NCBI GenBank assembly: GCA_963804645.1 | Contig: CAWDRG010000017.1 | Location: 64,001-128,000, forward strand | Source of the DNA: an uncultured Bacillota bacterium | GTDB lineage: Bacteria > Sysuimicrobiota > Sysuimicrobiia > Sysuimicrobiales > Segetimicrobiaceae | Length of the DNA: 64,000 nt | Direction: 5' to 3' | Shown here: piece by piece, positions 20,718-30,284 of the stretch | Layout: each line of letters begins with the position of its first letter | Numbering within the stretch: the stretch's first letter is position 1 | Translations under genes and position numbers: made by a program | Notes under the pieces: generated by a model | Databases searched by the model: none | The model's input: only the letters and a program-made list of their open reading frames with translations | What the model was told of the DNA's origin: nothing

Positions 20718-22367
20718 TCACGCATCGCGGCCGGAGGATCGCGATCCCAACACAAGCCCGTACGCCTCGCGACGCGGATCCACCCCGAGCGCCCGGGTAC
20801 CGCTCGCGGGATCGATCGCGATCACCTTCGCGCTGCCGGTGGTCACGGGGCTCGTCCCCTCCACGGCCAGTTCGGCCCAGTCGCTGAGCATCGTGACCCG
20901 ATATCCGTCGCGGCGGAGCGCCTCGGGCACCTCGGCGGAGAAGCGCCCCTCGAGGAAGATCGCCTGGAGCGAGTCGTAGTGGAGCGCCCCGCCGACGAGA
21001 AAGCGCGGCGCCTCGACCGCCTGCTGCGGGCCGAACCCGAAGTCGAGGATGTTCGTGAGCACCTGGAGGTTCGTCTGCACCTGCGTGTGTCCGCCGGGCG
21101 TGCCCCCGAGCAACACGAGATCGTCGCCGCGCGTGACCATGTAGGTGTGCAGCGTGTAGGCCGGCGTCTTCCCCCCCGCCACAACGTCGGGATGGTCGGG
21201 CCGCGCGCTCGCGGAGTTGAGGCGGCCGTTGGCGAGGATCCCGGTCCCCGGGATGACGACCCCGCAGTCGGTCCACAGGCTTTGGATCATCGCGACGGCG
21301 TTCCCGCGTGCGTCCACGGTGCTCAGCGACGTCGTATCGCCGGCGCGCTCCTCCACCGGCGCGCCAGCGGGCGCATGGAGGCCGCGCCGTATCTCGGCGA
21401 TGCGCGCCTCGGCGAGCACCCGGTCAAGCGCAAACCCGGTGAATCGCGGATCCCCGAACCAGCGGTCGCGGTCCTCGAACGCCGCACGAATCGAGCCCGC
21501 GAGCGAGCGGACCCGCGCCGGCCCGTACCCCGCTCCCCGCAGGTCGACGCCGTCGAGCACGCGCAGCATCTGCACGAGCATCCATCCCTGTGACATCGGC
21601 GGCGGCGTGTATACCGTGTGGCCCCGGTAGGCCGCGCAGAGCGGTTCCTCCCAGGCGGCATGGTACGCGCCAAGATCGGCCGCGTCGATGACGCCGCCCG
21701 CGTCGCGCAGCCCGCGCGCGAAGATCTCTGCGAGCGCGCCTTCATAAAAATCCCGCGCGCCGTGCCGCGCAAGATGGCGCAGGGTCCCGGCGAGGTCGGG
21801 CTGGCGAAACAGCGTCCCTGGGGCCGGCACCCGGCCGCGGGGCAGCAGGAGCGCCGCGCAGGCCTCGTTCGCCGCGTACTTGGCCTGGTACTTGCGGATC
21901 CACTCGGCGAGCGACTCGTACATCGGAAAGCCGTACTCGGCCAGCTCGATCGCCGGCTGCAGCACGTCGGCCCACGGCATGGTTCCGAAGCGCGACTGCG
22001 CCTGCGCCCAGCCGTCGAGCACCCCCGGCACCGATGAGATCAGCCCGCCGCGCTCCGGAATGCCATCTGGGAAGTGCCCGTGCGTCAGCGCGGTCGGCGC
22101 GGGCCCGCCGGCGTTGAGCGCATACACGCGCCGGGAGCCCGCGTCGCGGATCAGGAAAAAGCCGTCGCCCGCAACGCCGCACATATGGGGGCGCACTACC
22201 CCGACCGCCGCCGCGGTCGCGATCGCCGCGTCCACTGCATTGCCCCCGCGGTCCAGGATCCTCGCGCCCGCGGCCGCGGCGAGCGGATGGCCGGCGACGA
22301 CAGCGGCGGCAGAGCCCCGGATCGGCCGATACCGCGTCGGACCGTCCGGTGCGACGTGTGCGTTCAT
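20718..22367 (-). CDS. ggt: Gamma-glutamyltransferase family
   Basis: GGNAVDAAIA, PHMCGVAGDGF, QPDLAGTL, GDTTSLSTVDARGN, GTPGGHTQVQ, DPRRE. Confidence 0.9.
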   Translation of the reverse strand: MNAHVAPDGPTRYRPIRGSAAAVVAGHPLAAAAGARILDRGGNAVDAAIATAAAVGVVRPHMCGVAGDGFFLIRDAGSRRVYALNAGGPAPTALTHGHFPDGIPERGGLISSVPGVLDGWAQAQSRFGTMPWADVLQPAIELAEYGFPMYESLAEWIRKYQAKYAANEACAALLLPRGRVPAPGTLFRQPDLAGTLRHLARHGARDFYEGALAEIFARGLRDAGGVIDAADLGAYHAAWEEPLCAAYRGHTVYTPPPMSQGWMLVQMLRVLDGVDLRGAGYGPARVRSLAGSIRAAFEDRDRWFGDPRFTGFALDRVLAEARIAEIRRGLHAPAGAPVEERAGDTTSLSTVDARGNAVAMIQSLWTDCGVVIPGTGILANGRLNSASARPDHPDVVAGGKTPAYTLHTYMVTRGDDLVLLGGTPGGHTQVQTNLQVLTNILDFGFGPQQAVEAPRFLVGGALHYDSLQAIFLEGRFSAEVPEALRRDGYRVTMLSDWAELAVEGTSPVTTGSAKVIAIDPASGTRALGVDPRREAYGLVLGSRSSGRDA

Positions 22368-22478
22368 CTCTCACGCTCCGGGTGCAACCTGACCCACCCA
22401 CTGCTACGCGCCGCCGGCCAGGTTTACCTCCGGTGCCGACCATGATACGAAGCGATCAGTCACTCGCGACGGCGCGGC

Positions 22479-22680
22479 GTTGTCATCGTGGGGGCAGGGC
22501 CGGTAGGAGCTCCCAGACTGCGGCGGGCACCGCTTCGGAAGGACTGGCTGTCCCGCCGTTGGAATTGAGCGTGCACGAAGACCAGGCGGCATCACGCTCC
22601 AAGATCGACAACTACCTGGGTGTTCCTCCCGGCATCTCAGGTCGGGAGATCACAACGCGCGTATACACTTGTGCGTTCTT
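22479..22680 (+). pseudogene. Decayed fragment of a thioredoxin-reductase-like FAD oxidoreductase
   Basis: VVIVGAGPVG (Rossmann motif), then in a shifted frame ASEGL...QAASRSKIDNYLGVPPGISGREIT, resembling ASEG..IENYLGFP.GISG. Confidence 0.65.
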
Positions 22681-22748
22681 AGAAGAAAGACGCGCAAAGC
22701 GCGCGTTGTGAACAAAGCGCGATTGAAAACGCTAGATAAGGAGTGATC

Positions 22749-23186
22749 ATGGCAAGGGTGACTTTTGGAAACCATTCGGCGGTTATAGTTCCGCGAAAAG
22801 ATCGGGACAGACTTCGTAAGTTTTATTGTGATGTCCTGGGCTGCAAGATCACGAGAGAGAATGATCAAAAGGACGACCTTCGTATGGGAGAGAACTTCTA
22901 TCTCGCGTTTATGTACGGGGATGACGCTGATGAGAGCGAGTTTTTACGAACTGGAAAATCGGTCTGGCTGGAAATCAAATCCGACAACGTCGAAGAAATG
23001 AGGCAGAAAATTCTCGATTTCGGCGTCAGGAAGCTTGATATACCTGACCCCCACCTCTACTTTCAGGCACCAGGAGGTCAAGTGCTCCGCTTAGTCGGAA
23101 TCAACGAGGACCTCTCCAAATATGAGGGGAACGGAGAAGGCCCGAATGTGGGAAAGGTAAAAGAAGCAATCGAAAGAACGGAATAA
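22749..23186 (+). CDS. VOC/glyoxalase-fold protein, markedly low GC
   Basis: NHSAVIV...KFYCDVLGCK...YFQAPGGQVLRL; AAGGAG RBS; AT-rich codon use unlike the host. Confidence 0.8.
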   Translation: MARVTFGNHSAVIVPRKDRDRLRKFYCDVLGCKITRENDQKDDLRMGENFYLAFMYGDDADESEFLRTGKSVWLEIKSDNVEEMRQKILDFGVRKLDIPDPHLYFQAPGGQVLRLVGINEDLSKYEGNGEGPNVGKVKEAIERTE

Positions 23187-23218
23187 AAAACGAGTTACGA
23201 GACCAACTTTCAAATAGG

Positions 23219-23373
23219 TGTTAAGGGTTTCGTGGACACCTTATGGTTAGAGGGGCTGATGCCCCAGAGGGGAGTCCACGGTGCCAAAGAGTCGACCGCC
23301 GTATGCACGGCGGTTTCGAGAGGGAGCGGTCCGGTTGGTTCGAGAATCCAGGTTAGCACAGTTCTGCGTCTAG
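23219..23373 (+). mobile_element. IS3-family left end and truncated OrfA
   Basis: TG..GGGTTTCGTGGACACC end-like sequence, then GTG at 23281: MPKSRPPYARRFREGAVRLVRES..., stopping prematurely at 23371-23373. Confidence 0.7.
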
Positions 23374-23484
23374 TGTCGAGATACTACCAAAGACCGACTC
23401 CAGAGGACCGTTGGCCGAAAGATGCTGGATCGCTAACGTTCAACTTTGACAAGTACCCGGTTCTCAACGAGGGGGAGGAATTTC

Positions 23485-25992
23485 ATGCTCTTCCAAGCCT
23501 ATCACGGCGTAACGGCCGCTCAGCATCAGACAAACTTCAACAAGTGGTCCGCCCAGGGCTATCGGATGATCTCGCTCAGCGTCTATGGCGACCCGGGCAA
23601 CGCGTTGTACGCCGCGGTGTGGGTGCAGCGCGCCGGGCCGGCTTGGGTCGCGATCCACGGCGTGGACGGCGCCGGCTATCAAAGCTTCTTCACCAAATGG
23701 TCGAACGAGGGCTATTATCCCGTGCTCGTCTCGGCGACCGGCGCGATCAACGACGCCGTGTTCGCGTCCGTGTTTGAACAGGGCAATCCGGGCCCCTGGG
23801 TCGGACGCCACGGCATGACGCCCGCCGACTTCGCGGCCACCGACGCGTCGAGCCTCAACAATGGACAGATGATCCGCTCCTTCGCGATCTACGGCACGTC
23901 CTCGGATCGGCGCTACGCTGCGATCTGGCATCCTAACCCGACCTACGTGAAATCGCATGTGCATCCGGCTGACAGTGCCTCCGCCTATCAGACGGACTTC
24001 AACGCCGAGACCCAGCTGCCGGGCGTCTATCTGAACGCCTATCGGCCGGCCTATGTCGCGCTGTCGAGCGACGCGACCTATTGCTCGGTGTTCAAGGACG
24101 ATTTCGTCGGACCCTGGGTCGCGCGCCACGGCCTCTCCGGTTCCGACTACCAGACGTTCTTCAACCAGCAGGTCGCCGAGGGCTACTATCCGATCGTCGT
24201 GCAGGGCGGCGGCACGACCCCCGCGCCGATCTACGCCGCAATCTTCGCCAAGCAGGACATTCCCGACGCCCGTCAATGGACCGTCACCGGCGCACCGCTC
24301 GCCGCGCTCGCGCCGGTCGATCAGGCAGTGCAGATCTTCATGCACGACAACGGCGTGCGCGCCGTGCAAGTCGCCATCGCCAAGAACGGCGCAATGAAGT
24401 CTTCGCGCGGGTACAGTTGGGCGGAGCCCGCCTATCGCGTGACGCAGCCAACCGACCGCTTCCTGCTCGCTAGCTGCAGCAAGATGTTCTGCGCCGCAGC
24501 GATCCAGAGCCTCTACAACAGCGGCAAGCTGCAACCGCCGACCCTGACTGTCAAACCCAACGGGAATGAGAAGCCGGTCGTCGGCGACGCGGTGACGGGC
24601 AACAAGAGCGGCGCGACCGCCGTCGTGACGGCGGTCAACGGCGACACGCTGACGCTCGTTTCGGTGCTCAACACATTCACGACGGCCGACACCGCCGCGA
24701 CGATGAGTAACTCGGGCGGCACGGTCGCGGTGCTCGCCTACAATCCGGGGACGAAGGTCTATCCGCTGCTAGGCTTCTCGCATCCAGCCGACCCGCGCAG
24801 CGACACGATCACGGTGCAGCAGCTGCTCGACCATCAGGGCGGCTATAACGACGGCCGAAATCCCAAGTATCCGGGGGCGCTCGATCCGACCTACAGCATG
24901 CGGCAGATCGGTCAGGCGCTCGGACATGTCGTCGCCAGCAAGCTCGATATCGCGCGCTACATGTATGGTCAGCCGCTGCAGTTTCCGCCGGGGACGGACT
25001 CGGCGTATTCGAACTACGGCTATTTGCTGCTCGGCGCGGTCGTCGAGCAAGTCACCGGACTGAGCTATCACGCCTACCTCGCGCAGGCCGTTCTGCAACC
25101 GGCCGGCATCAGCGAGGTCGAGGTGTTCCCGACGCGCGCCGCCGGTCGGACCGCGCATCAGGCGATCGCCGAGGATCAGAGCCTGGGACAGGATCCGCTC
25201 GACCTCGCCTCCACGCTGAACATTCCGGCGGTCTATGGCGGCGACGGCGAGATCAACGAGATAGGCGATCCGAACGACGGCACGGCCGCCTCGGCCGAGG
25301 CTATGGCGCAGTTGATCCACACGCACGCGGTCTGGGGCAATGGCGGCCGGGCGCCGGGTGCCGCTCGGGCCGGCAGTACGCCCGGCGCCTCCACATGGGC
25401 CGAGTCGCGCTGGGACGGCGTCGATTGGGCGTACACCGTCAACACGAGGGATTGGCCGCCGACCAACGGCCAGACCGCGGCCACGACCGCCACGGGCAAT
25501 CAAGCGCTGAAGACGACTGCGTTCACACTCACGGTGGCCAGCGGCGGGACGGTCGGTTTCACGCCCTCGGGCCATCTGCTCGTGGACACGGTCAGCAACG
25601 GAACCCAGCTCGTCGCCTACACGGGCGTCAATGCCACGGCGAATACGTTCACAGGTTGCACAGCCCCGGCCAACGCCGGCACGGCTGGCGACGGCGCCAA
25701 TGTGATACAGGCCTCGACTGTCGTCGGCGCCCCGGCGCTTACGCAGACGACTTTCACGTTGAGCGTGAGCCAAAACGGCACGCAGGGTTTTGCGCGCACC
25801 GGACTGCTGCTCGTGACCAATTCCGCGAATGCGGTACAGCTGATCAGCTACACGGGGCTCGGCGCGGACGCTTTCGATGGGTGCGCGGCGCTCCTGCCCG
25901 GTGCGGGGAGCGCCGCTGCGGGCGCCGTCGTGACGCAAGCGACGCTCTCGGCGAGCATAGACACGTTGCTCAATTCGATTGCTCTGCCATAA
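23485..25992 (+). CDS. Polyglycine-hydrolase-like serine hydrolase: five N-terminal tandem repeats + beta-lactamase-fold domain with inserted Thr/Gly-rich domains
   Basis: Repeats W.A.HG....YQ..F......GY....YAA.W; SxxK (ASCSK), LLDHQGG, YxN (YSNYGY), GSTPG; GGAGG before ATG. Confidence 0.85.
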   Translation: MLFQAYHGVTAAQHQTNFNKWSAQGYRMISLSVYGDPGNALYAAVWVQRAGPAWVAIHGVDGAGYQSFFTKWSNEGYYPVLVSATGAINDAVFASVFEQGNPGPWVGRHGMTPADFAATDASSLNNGQMIRSFAIYGTSSDRRYAAIWHPNPTYVKSHVHPADSASAYQTDFNAETQLPGVYLNAYRPAYVALSSDATYCSVFKDDFVGPWVARHGLSGSDYQTFFNQQVAEGYYPIVVQGGGTTPAPIYAAIFAKQDIPDARQWTVTGAPLAALAPVDQAVQIFMHDNGVRAVQVAIAKNGAMKSSRGYSWAEPAYRVTQPTDRFLLASCSKMFCAAAIQSLYNSGKLQPPTLTVKPNGNEKPVVGDAVTGNKSGATAVVTAVNGDTLTLVSVLNTFTTADTAATMSNSGGTVAVLAYNPGTKVYPLLGFSHPADPRSDTITVQQLLDHQGGYNDGRNPKYPGALDPTYSMRQIGQALGHVVASKLDIARYMYGQPLQFPPGTDSAYSNYGYLLLGAVVEQVTGLSYHAYLAQAVLQPAGISEVEVFPTRAAGRTAHQAIAEDQSLGQDPLDLASTLNIPAVYGGDGEINEIGDPNDGTAASAEAMAQLIHTHAVWGNGGRAPGAARAGSTPGASTWAESRWDGVDWAYTVNTRDWPPTNGQTAATTATGNQALKTTAFTLTVASGGTVGFTPSGHLLVDTVSNGTQLVAYTGVNATANTFTGCTAPANAGTAGDGANVIQASTVVGAPALTQTTFTLSVSQNGTQGFARTGLLLVTNSANAVQLISYTGLGADAFDGCAALLPGAGSAAAGAVVTQATLSASIDTLLNSIALP

Positions 25993-26284
25993 TTTCCGGT
26001 ACCTCGGCCTGTGCTTCCCTCGACGAATAGTCCGAGCGACGCACGGATTGTTTACGGAGCTAGGGGTCGGCGAAGAGCCCTGTAACGAGCGCGCGCACCG
26101 TGCGATCGCGAGGTTCGCGGCGAGCACCGCGAATCTTAGCCGACCGCGTGCCGCGTCGACCATCGTGCCGCACGTGAGAAAAGCGCTGCGCACAGAGCCC
26201 GCGTTTCTCTTCGTACAGGCTGTCGAGGTGGGCCTCCAGCGCGTTGAGCATCTCCGTTAAGGCTTCTCCAGATGACATCTATCA

Positions 26285-26425
26285 AACACTGACACCGAAG
26301 TCACATTCGATATTTCGACGGATGATAAACAAAGGTTCATTCGGTTCAGGCATTCAGGCTGGAGGGAAGAGACGGATTTCTACGCTCATTGCTCGATGAG
26401 ATGGGCTACTTTCATGTGGCGTTGA
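26285..26425 (+). pseudogene. C-terminal fragment of an SRPBCC/AHSA1-like protein
   Basis: TEVTFDI...IRFRHSGWREETDFYAHCSMRWATF; no start codon; abuts the transposase fragment. Confidence 0.65.
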
Positions 26426-26787
26426 CGAGCTTGCAACAACGCCTGATGAAGACGGGTGGCCGGCTCGTGAAGCACGCGCGGTACTACTGGCTACTCTTGG
26501 CGAAAGGACACTTGACGCGGCGGCTGTTCGGCGCGATCGTACGACGGCTTGAGATGCTGTCGGTGCCGGCGGGGTAGCAGCGCCTTCGCTGACGCCAACG
26601 GTGCGGCCAGTGCTGGAGGCGGGAGTGGTGTCCGAGAATTCGACTGCCAGCGCGGCCGTACGGAATGTCAAGGGTCCGAGCGGGGCACAAACGGGCTTTC
26701 GGGAAACGCTACGAGGACTCCGCATGGGAACCGACGGGCTGGGTTCAACGAAGGGAAGGAGTGCAGGCATCAAAACGGAAATCTCCG
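26417..26787 (+). mobile_element. IS1380-family transposase C-terminal remnant with possible right end
   Basis: LTSLQQRLMKTGGRLVKHARYYWLLLA.GHLTRRLFG... to TAG 26577; candidate end CAAAACGGAAATCTCCG at 26771-26787 is tentative. Confidence 0.7.
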
Positions 26788-26860
26788 CAAACGGCTCAGG
26801 GAGCCTCGCCGGCGAAATTGCGGTCCAACTCGTCGTCTTTCGATCAGAGAGGAATAAACG

Positions 26861-27625
26861 ATGGCACGGATGCTAGAGGGGAAAGTCGCATTGATTACCG
26901 GTGCGGCCCGCGGCATCGGTCGTCAGACCGCGGTACTATTTGCTCGCGAAGGCGCCCGGGTTGTCGTCGCCGATCTCTCCGCTGAAGGCGTCAAGGAGAC
27001 CGCAGCGGTGATCACCAACGCTGGAGGCGAGGCGACGGCGGTCGTCGCCGACATCAGCAAGCCGGCGGATGTCTCGGCCATGATGACGGCCACCCTCACT
27101 GCCTTCGGTCGGCTCGATTGCGCCTTCAATAATGCTGGCATCAACGGAACGCTGGCGGGCGTCCGCGGCAAGCTCACGGCCGAATGGCCCGAAGATGCCT
27201 TCGACAAGCTGATCCAGGTCAACCTTAAGGGCACGTGGCTGTGCATGAAGGCGGAACTCCAGCAAATGGTTCAGCAAGGTGCTGGATCAATCGTGAATAC
27301 CGCGTCCCTCGCCGGGTTGACTGGCTTTCCGACCACCGCGGCGTACGCCGCGAGCAAGCACGGAGTCGTCGGCCTCACTAAGACCGCGGCGATTGAGTAT
27401 GCCCCGGAGGTCCGGGTCAACTGCGTCTGCCCAGGATGGATCAATACGGACATGACTGCGGAAACGATCGCGCGGCATGGGGCCGATCTCTTGGTCAGAG
27501 TCCCCTCTAAGGAATTTGGTAAACCCGAAGATGTCGGTGAGATGGTGTGCTGGCTGTCATCCGACCGTGCGCGCTACGTCACCGGAGGCGTCTTCACGGT
27601 CGATGGCGGGTACATGGCGAACTAA
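26861..27625 (+). CDS. SDR family oxidoreductase
   Basis: ITGAARGIG, FNNAGI, YAASKHG, VDGG. Confidence 0.92.
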   Translation: MARMLEGKVALITGAARGIGRQTAVLFAREGARVVVADLSAEGVKETAAVITNAGGEATAVVADISKPADVSAMMTATLTAFGRLDCAFNNAGINGTLAGVRGKLTAEWPEDAFDKLIQVNLKGTWLCMKAELQQMVQQGAGSIVNTASLAGLTGFPTTAAYAASKHGVVGLTKTAAIEYAPEVRVNCVCPGWINTDMTAETIARHGADLLVRVPSKEFGKPEDVGEMVCWLSSDRARYVTGGVFTVDGGYMAN

Positions 27626-27639
27626 CCAGGCAAGCACGG

Positions 27640-27800
27640 GGCGGGCGGGCTAGTGTAGCACAAGTCCCACGAGCTGCCACGCCGAGCACGAACCAGGCTG
27701 CATAGTCCCCGACCAACCCGCTGTGCATGCGCCCTAAATATCGCTGATCCCGGTTAAGGTTCTCTGGAATAAGGAAAAGGGCGTCCAAGGCCAAATGACC
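27640..27800 (-). pseudogene. Possible decayed C-terminus of an Mrp/complex-I antiporter-like subunit
   Basis: RMHSGLVGDYAAWFVLGVA resembles the HSG..GDY..W tail of such subunits; the rest is degenerate. Confidence 0.35.
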
Positions 27801-28249
27801 TGCAAATCAATTACCGTTGAGGTTGTAGGAAAGGCAGCGGATAGCATCGTCACTGTTGGTGCGGCATAGAACATGTATACTGGATCGGGCCGTGCGGCAA
27901 TATGCCGGTTCGCCCAGCAGTTTCGGGGCGGCCCCAGGCCGGGGGCACGAACCTTCGAGGCCCCTTGCAGGGAGAGGCGTTTCTTCGTGCCGCCCGCTTG
28001 GTGCTCACGTCGAGCAGGGGTTGAACCAAACAGTCGTTCGATATGCCGGAACAGACGAGTCGCGTCTCGTAGATGGATATGCCGCGCTCGCTCGCCGGCC
28101 GGCGGCTGTCGACACCGCCGGCCGGCGTGGACATCGACGCGATCGTCCACGCATCGGCGGTGGTGCAGCGGCGCGACCGGGCAGGAGTTTCCCTGTCCCG
28201 CGGACGATGAGTGGCCGAAGACGCCGGAAGGCGAACCGGGGGGTGCGCG

Positions 28250-28957
28250 ATGCCGCTTGCGGGAGAGACCGTGATGGTGATCGGGGCGGGTCGCGGGCTG
28301 GGACGGGCGGTCGCGCTCGCCGCCGGGCGCGCGGGCGCCCGCGTCGTGCTCGCGGCGCGCACGCAGTCCGAGGTCGACCGGGCGGCCAGCGACGTCCGAT
28401 CGCTCGGCGTGGAGGCGATCGCCGTCGCCGCGGACGCGCGGCGTCCCGCGGACGTCGCGCGCGTCTTCGAGGCGTCGGCCGGCTGGGGCACGCCGGCCCT
28501 GATCGTCAACTGCGTCGGCGACTGGCTCGTCAAGCCGTTCGAAGACTGCACGTTCGAAGACTATCACCGCATCATCGAGAATAACCTCACCCCCGCATTC
28601 GTGATCGGCCAGGCCGCGATGCCGCGGCTGATCGCGCGCGGCGGCGGCCGGCTCGTGTTCGTCTCCTCGCGGGTCGCGGTGACGGGCGGCGCGCCCGCGG
28701 CCCTGTACGGGGCGGCGAAGGCTGGCGTCGTGAACTTGACCCGCTCGCTCGCGCAGCTCGGGAAGCCCCACGGCGTCGCGGTGCACGCGATCTGTCCCGG
28801 CCCGATGGACACGCCGATGCGGTGGGCGGCGACCCCCGAGTTCGACCGCACGAAGACGATCCCGGCTGAGGCGGTGGCCGATCTGATCGTCGGACTCGCG
28901 GCGTACCCCACCGTGACGCTCGAGGACGTGATCGTCCCGGCGGCGGTCACCCTGTAG
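28250..28957 (+). CDS. SDR family oxidoreductase
   Basis: IGAGRGLG, YGAAKAG, CPGPMDT. Confidence 0.88.
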   Translation: MPLAGETVMVIGAGRGLGRAVALAAGRAGARVVLAARTQSEVDRAASDVRSLGVEAIAVAADARRPADVARVFEASAGWGTPALIVNCVGDWLVKPFEDCTFEDYHRIIENNLTPAFVIGQAAMPRLIARGGGRLVFVSSRVAVTGGAPAALYGAAKAGVVNLTRSLAQLGKPHGVAVHAICPGPMDTPMRWAATPEFDRTKTIPAEAVADLIVGLAAYPTVTLEDVIVPAAVTL

Positions 28958-29026
28958 CCCCGCGGGGAACCAGGAGCGCGCGCCCGCGCGGAGAAGTAGC
29001 GGGCATCACCGGACCGAGGGACCGCA

Positions 29027-29206
29027 ATCGAGACGCCGCCAGAACCCAATACAGGAACAGCGCACGAGATCCGCGCGGCATCGTCGTCGGACCGCCCTAT
29101 CCTCGACGCCGGGTCCCACTGCCCGGCGTGCGGGCACGTGCTCGTCCGCCTGTGGTGCCGCACGATCTGCCGCGCGTGCGGATTCTTCGAAGGCTGCGAG
29201 GACTAG
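29027..29206 (+). CDS. Small CPxCG-type zinc-finger protein (about 59 aa) without canonical start codon
   Basis: ...HCPACGHVLVRLWCRTICRACGFFEGCED*; ATC at 29027 lies 6 nt after GAGGG; stop is 18 nt before the next gene. Confidence 0.6.
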   Translation: METPPEPNTGTAHEIRAASSSDRPILDAGSHCPACGHVLVRLWCRTICRACGFFEGCED

Positions 29207-29224
29207 CCCCCCAAGGAGTGGAGC

Positions 29225-30262
29225 ATGTTTGAGCTGGTGAAGACGCTGACGGAGTTGACCGGCCCGGTCGGGTACGAGGACGCGGTGCAGGAATGGGTCG
29301 CCGCGGCGTGGCGCGAACGCGGCCTCGAGGTCCAGCGGACGCCGATCGGCAACGTCCTGGGTCGCCTCGGCGGCCGCGGGCCGAAGCTGTTGATCGGTGC
29401 GCACGCCGACGAGATCTGCTTCCGGGTCAAGAGCGTCGACGACCGCGGCTTCGTGTGGCTGACCACGGGGCGCGGCGGCGGCGAACTCCGCCCGCCGGAG
29501 CCCGTCCCGCTCGGGCTGGTGGCGGAGATCCTCACGGACACCGGCACGGTGCGCGGCACGTTCGTGTCGCTCACCGGCCACGTCAAGACCCGGACGCAGC
29601 GCGCCGACGAGGGCGCGCTCGATTGGTTTGACTTCTACGTCGACATAGGCGCCCGCAGCGGCGCAGAGGCGGAGGCGCTCGGCGTCCACCCGGGCTGCCC
29701 GGTGATCAACACGGTCGTGACGCGGCGCGAGGGCCAGAACATCGTCGGGAAGGCGATGGACGACCGGGCGGCGCTCGCGATCATGACGGCGTTCGCGGAC
29801 CGGGTGGACCGCGCGCGCCTGCAGTACGAGGTGTGGCTGGTGTCGACCATCCAGGAGGAGATCGGCCTGATCGGTGCGCGCTCCGCCGCCGCGGGATTCG
29901 ACCTCGGCGTCATCGTCGAGGTCGGACTCGCGGGCGACATCCCGCTCGTCGATCCCCGCCAGATCCCGCTCTCGCTCGGGGCGGGGCCGATCGTCGTCCA
30001 CAAGGACCAGACCGTGGTGTACGCGCGCACCCTCACCGGGGCGCTCCTGCGCTGCGCGCGCGCCGCCGGCATCCCGACCCAGCACGGGGTGTTCCAGAAC
30101 TTCTCCAGCGACGGCCGGGAATGGATCCAGGAAGGCGTGCCGACCGCGATGGTCGCGTTCCCGTGCCGCTACACGCACAGCCCGTACGAGACGGTGCAGG
30201 AATCGGACCTCGTCCAGACGGCCGACCTGCTGGCCGCGTTCACCACCACGCCGCCCGGGTAG
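29225..30262 (+). CDS. M42 family metallo-aminopeptidase
   Basis: AHADEI, GKAMDDR, QEEIGLIGA, RYTHSPYE; AAGGAG RBS. Confidence 0.9.
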   Translation: MFELVKTLTELTGPVGYEDAVQEWVAAAWRERGLEVQRTPIGNVLGRLGGRGPKLLIGAHADEICFRVKSVDDRGFVWLTTGRGGGELRPPEPVPLGLVAEILTDTGTVRGTFVSLTGHVKTRTQRADEGALDWFDFYVDIGARSGAEAEALGVHPGCPVINTVVTRREGQNIVGKAMDDRAALAIMTAFADRVDRARLQYEVWLVSTIQEEIGLIGARSAAAGFDLGVIVEVGLAGDIPLVDPRQIPLSLGAGPIVVHKDQTVVYARTLTGALLRCARAAGIPTQHGVFQNFSSDGREWIQEGVPTAMVAFPCRYTHSPYETVQESDLVQTADLLAAFTTTPPG

Positions 30263-30284
30263 TCAGCGCGGCGCGCGCGCCCCG

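Noticed and set aside
23200..23250. CCAAC...GTTAGAG hairpin after the VOC gene as a second attC
   Set aside because: Box spacing does not fit, and the sequence is better explained as the IS3 left end preceding OrfA.
26060..26278. 72-aa minus-strand ORF in the debris region
   Set aside because: No recognisable motif or RBS; cannot be supported as a gene.
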